From assembly GCA_038869575.1 (NCBI GenBank), contig JAWCQV010000001.1, positions 1-24,964 of the forward strand: DNA of 24,964 nt. The letters run 5' to 3'. Made by a program: the position numbers and the translations under genes. The stretch comes from Candidatus Bathyarchaeia archaeon (lineage in GTDB: Archaea > Thermoproteota > Bathyarchaeia > Bathyarchaeales > Bathycorpusculaceae). Below, in pieces: positions 22,357 to 24,964 of the stretch (positions are counted from its first letter, which is position 1; each line of letters begins with the position of its first letter). Under the pieces are notes generated by a model. That model was given only the letters and a program-made list of their open reading frames with translations. It had not been told where the DNA came from and searched no databases.

Positions 22357-23694
22357 CTACCTCTCTTTTTCAACTTCCTTTATAACGTCCTCAATTATTT
22401 CTAGTCCGGCGTCTACAAGCTCCCTGGTAATGTTAAGAGGCGGCATAATCCTTATGGTTGAGATCCCACAAGTGATAACAGCTACCCCACGCTTCCATGA
22501 CCTTATCATAATTTCATTTGCTTTTTGAGGCGCTGGTTTCTTGCTATCCTTGTCTTCAACAAATTCAACACCAATCATTAAACCCTTGCCTCTAACGTTC
22601 CCGACTATTTCGCTCCTTTCTTCCAGATCTCCGAGCCTTTTCAGTATATAAGTCCCTTGCTTGGTGGCGTTATCCAACAGGCGCTCCTCTTTAATGGCAT
22701 CTATAACCGCGATTGCTGCAACGCATGAGAGCGGGTTCCCGCCGAAGGTGCTGGCGTGCGAACCTCCAACCCAATCCATAATTTTTGCTCTGGCAATAGT
22801 TGCGCCCAGCGGCAGACCAGACGCCAATGCTTTAGCGCTACATATAATATCTGGTTCAACATTCCAGTGTTCAATGGCGAACCATTTTCCAGTTCTCCCA
22901 ATTCCGGACTGAACCTCATCGTCTATCAAGAGAATACCGTATTTGTCGGCAAGCTTTTTTAGGCGTTGGAAGTATTCCGGCGGCGGGATTACATATCCTC
23001 CTTCACCTTGAATTGGCTCAAAAACTATTGCGGCGACATCTTCTGGTGGTGCATACTTTTGCAGCACAAACTCGTCTATAAAGTCGACGCACCAATAGTG
23101 GCATTCAGGATATGTCTGTTTAAAGGGGCAACGATAGCAGTAAGGGTATGGAACATGGTTAACTCCCGGCATTAAGGGGAAGAAATAACGCCTTTGGGTT
23201 GGCTTGCTGGACGTCAAAGACAAGGAGCCAATAGTCCTCCCGTGAAAAGCGTTGATAAAGCTTACGAATAGCTGTTTCCGCGTGTGCCACTTTGCCAGTT
23301 TAATCGCCGCCTCAATAGCCTCTGTTCCGCTGTTGCCAAAGTAGACTTTTTTCTCAAAATTCCCAGGAGTGACTTCCGAAAGTTTCTCCGCAAGTGCGAT
23401 AACCTCGTTATAGTAGAAGTCGGTATTAGAATAGTGAAGGAAGCGGTCGCACTGCCTTTTAATAGCGTCAATAACTTTTGGATGGTTATGTCCGACGTTT
23501 AAGCATGCCAACCCAGAGTTGAAGTCGATGTATTCATTTCCATCAACATCCCTCACTATACAACCTCGACCGGACTCAACGACAAGAGGATAGAAGCGCA
23601 CGTAAGAAGGCGAAATGAACCTCTCATCCTTCTTTACGAGTTCTCTCGCTTTTGGTCCCGGCGGGGTTACAACAATTTTCGGATAATCAGCCAT
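22357..23694 (-). CDS. Class III PLP aminotransferase (GABA/ornithine aminotransferase-like)
   Basis: DVDGNEYIDF, SGTEAIEAAIK, AFHGRT, EPIQGEGG, DDEVQSGIGRTGK, PLP-Lys AKALASG, HASTFGGNP and RGKGLMIG. Start placed at ATG 23694 (GTG 23706 alternative). Confidence 0.92.
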   Translation of the reverse strand: MADYPKIVVTPPGPKARELVKKDERFISPSYVRFYPLVVESGRGCIVRDVDGNEYIDFNSGLACLNVGHNHPKVIDAIKRQCDRFLHYSNTDFYYNEVIALAEKLSEVTPGNFEKKVYFGNSGTEAIEAAIKLAKWHTRKQLFVSFINAFHGRTIGSLSLTSSKPTQRRYFFPLMPGVNHVPYPYCYRCPFKQTYPECHYWCVDFIDEFVLQKYAPPEDVAAIVFEPIQGEGGYVIPPPEYFQRLKKLADKYGILLIDDEVQSGIGRTGKWFAIEHWNVEPDIICSAKALASGLPLGATIARAKIMDWVGGSHASTFGGNPLSCVAAIAVIDAIKEERLLDNATKQGTYILKRLGDLEERSEIVGNVRGKGLMIGVEFVEDKDSKKPAPQKANEIMIRSWKRGVAVITCGISTIRIMPPLNITRELVDAGLEIIEDVIKEVEKER

Positions 23695-23839
23695 ATGCTT
23701 CACCAAACTGGATTTAACGTTTTAGCCAAAATAAGTTATATAGCTATCTGTTATATCCGCCCGAAAAACATCATTTACAGTATAAAATAGTGTAAATACA
23801 GCGCATGGTCACGATGCGGGATTGTTAGTTACAACTTTT

Positions 23840-24172
23840 TTATGGTTTTACGACGGTTATTTCGATGGTTGAAACGTTGGTTCTCTGTCCTTCGCCGCGG
23901 GTGACCTCTTCAGTGCCTATTTTGATTTCTTTTAGCTGTAAGTCCTTCATGAAAGCTCTTCTTAATAATTCAACAGTGTCGACTGCTCTGCTAATCGCCC
24001 GCCCCCTAGCCTTCACAACAATTTTTTGAGCGCCGGTGTTGAAGAAAGTTAGGCAGGCGACCACATAGTTCATTATTGGTTTCTTACCGATCAACACTGT
24101 ATTTTCGTTTACTTGCGCTGGTTTTGCAATTTTTTCCTCTTTGGCGGCCTTCTTAGGCTTTTCTTCTGCCAT
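23840..24172 (-). CDS. albA: DNA/RNA-binding protein Alba
   Basis: VLIGKKPIMNYV, VKARGRAISRAVDTVE and VSTIEI. SD GGAAGGAGGT upstream. Confidence 0.97.
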   Translation of the reverse strand: MAEEKPKKAAKEEKIAKPAQVNENTVLIGKKPIMNYVVACLTFFNTGAQKIVVKARGRAISRAVDTVELLRRAFMKDLQLKEIKIGTEEVTRGEGQRTNVSTIEITVVKP

Positions 24173-24266
24173 TTACAACCTCCTTCCAGTCATTTAAACG
24201 CAACAGTAGCAATTGAATGGTATCATTATGCTGTCGGAGTTCTTATATTTTTCCATAAAGGCTTAA

Positions 24267-24964
24267 TTAGACACAATAGTTAGAAGCTAATTTTCGGTAG
24301 TATTCCCAGTCTTCATCGACCCATCGCTGAATCTTTTCAATGTCAGCTTCTGTTAAGTGGCGGAACCTATCCTGCATAGCCAAATATTCCTTTACAGGTT
24401 TACGCTTTGACTTATCAATTAAACGATCGCTAGGAGAGTTAAGCCTAAAATCTCCGTTTTCGATTTCATAAAGAGCCCATATGCCAGTTTGAACTGCAAG
24501 CCGTCCAATCTCTATAGTTTTGCTCGGGTCGTAGCGCCATCCAGTCGGGCACGGAGCCAAAACATGGATATATTTGGTTCCCTTAATCTCTCGGGCTTTT
24601 TTCAACTTGCTAACAAAGTCCACAGGATAGGAAGGACATGAGGTTGCAACGTATGGTATCCGATGCGCCGCCATTATCAACGGCATATTCTTTTTCCTTT
24701 CCTTCTTACCAGTAGGCGTTGTAGTCGTCCAAGCACCATAGGGCGTAGCTCCACTCCGCTGTAGCCCCGTATTCCCGTAAGCCTCATTATCATAGCATAT
24801 GTAAATGAAATTGGTTTCCCGTTCGGCAGCACCAGAAAGAGCTTGGATACCTATGTCCACCGTTCCACCATCGCCAGCCCACCCCACCACTGTTACATCC
24901 TCTAAACCTCGAATTTTAAGAGCTGCCGCTATGCCAGAGCATGTCGCGCCTGTAGCCTCAAAAA
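24267..24964 (-). CDS. porB: Pyruvate/2-ketoisovalerate:ferredoxin oxidoreductase beta subunit (5' truncated by window edge)
   Basis: TPP-binding [10 protein letters not shown]...[25 protein letters not shown] and APCPTGW. Frame stays open to the window end ([16 protein letters not shown]...). Confidence 0.92.
   Translation of the reverse strand, partial: FEATGATCSGIAAALKIRGLEDVTVVGWAGDGGTVDIGIQALSGAAERETNFIYICYDNEAYGNTGLQRSGATPYGAWTTTTPTGKKERKKNMPLIMAAHRIPYVATSCPSYPVDFVSKLKKAREIKGTKYIHVLAPCPTGWRYDPSKTIEIGRLAVQTGIWALYEIENGDFRLNSPSDRLIDKSKRKPVKEYLAMQDRFRHLTEADIEKIQRWVDEDWEYYRKLASNYCV

Noticed and set aside
1-24964. CRISPR arrays, tRNAs, rRNA, SRP RNA, IS elements, inteins
   Set aside because: No spaced direct repeats, T-loop (GTTCRA) cloverleafs, transposase or intein motifs found on reading. 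SRP RNA was looked for near srp54 and not seen. A formal tRNAscan/Infernal run was not possible.

Overview
Archaeal chromosomal window made up mostly of housekeeping genes. Gene content and order (Alba, rpoL/rpoF, short XPF, srp54-pus10-rpl21e-rpoF-DUF655-rsmA-hemK, dph2-csl4-rpoL, aIF5A/NAD kinase/Nob1) point to a TACK archaeon, most plausibly Bathyarchaeia; this is inference, as no rRNA is present. About 30 CDS are supported. I saw no CRISPR array, tRNA, rRNA or IS element. The best non-ORF signal is a well-formed 65-nt box C/D guide sRNA at 19236-19300 (-), between hsp20 and aIF5A. Its D' guide is complementary to the conserved 23S peptidyl-transferase-centre sequence CGGCUCUUC and predicts 2'-O-methylation of the E. 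coli C2510-equivalent. Other leads: a probable ACG start for nob1 (TAACG overlap with nadK), an RsmA lacking the catalytic Asn of its NPPY motif, an orphan HicB-DinB fusion between dph2 and csl4, a divergent pair of nucleotide deaminases, an XPD-like helicase with an N-terminal Zn ribbon facing XPF, and a Mini-III-like RNase. All product calls come from motif recognition by eye, not database searches.
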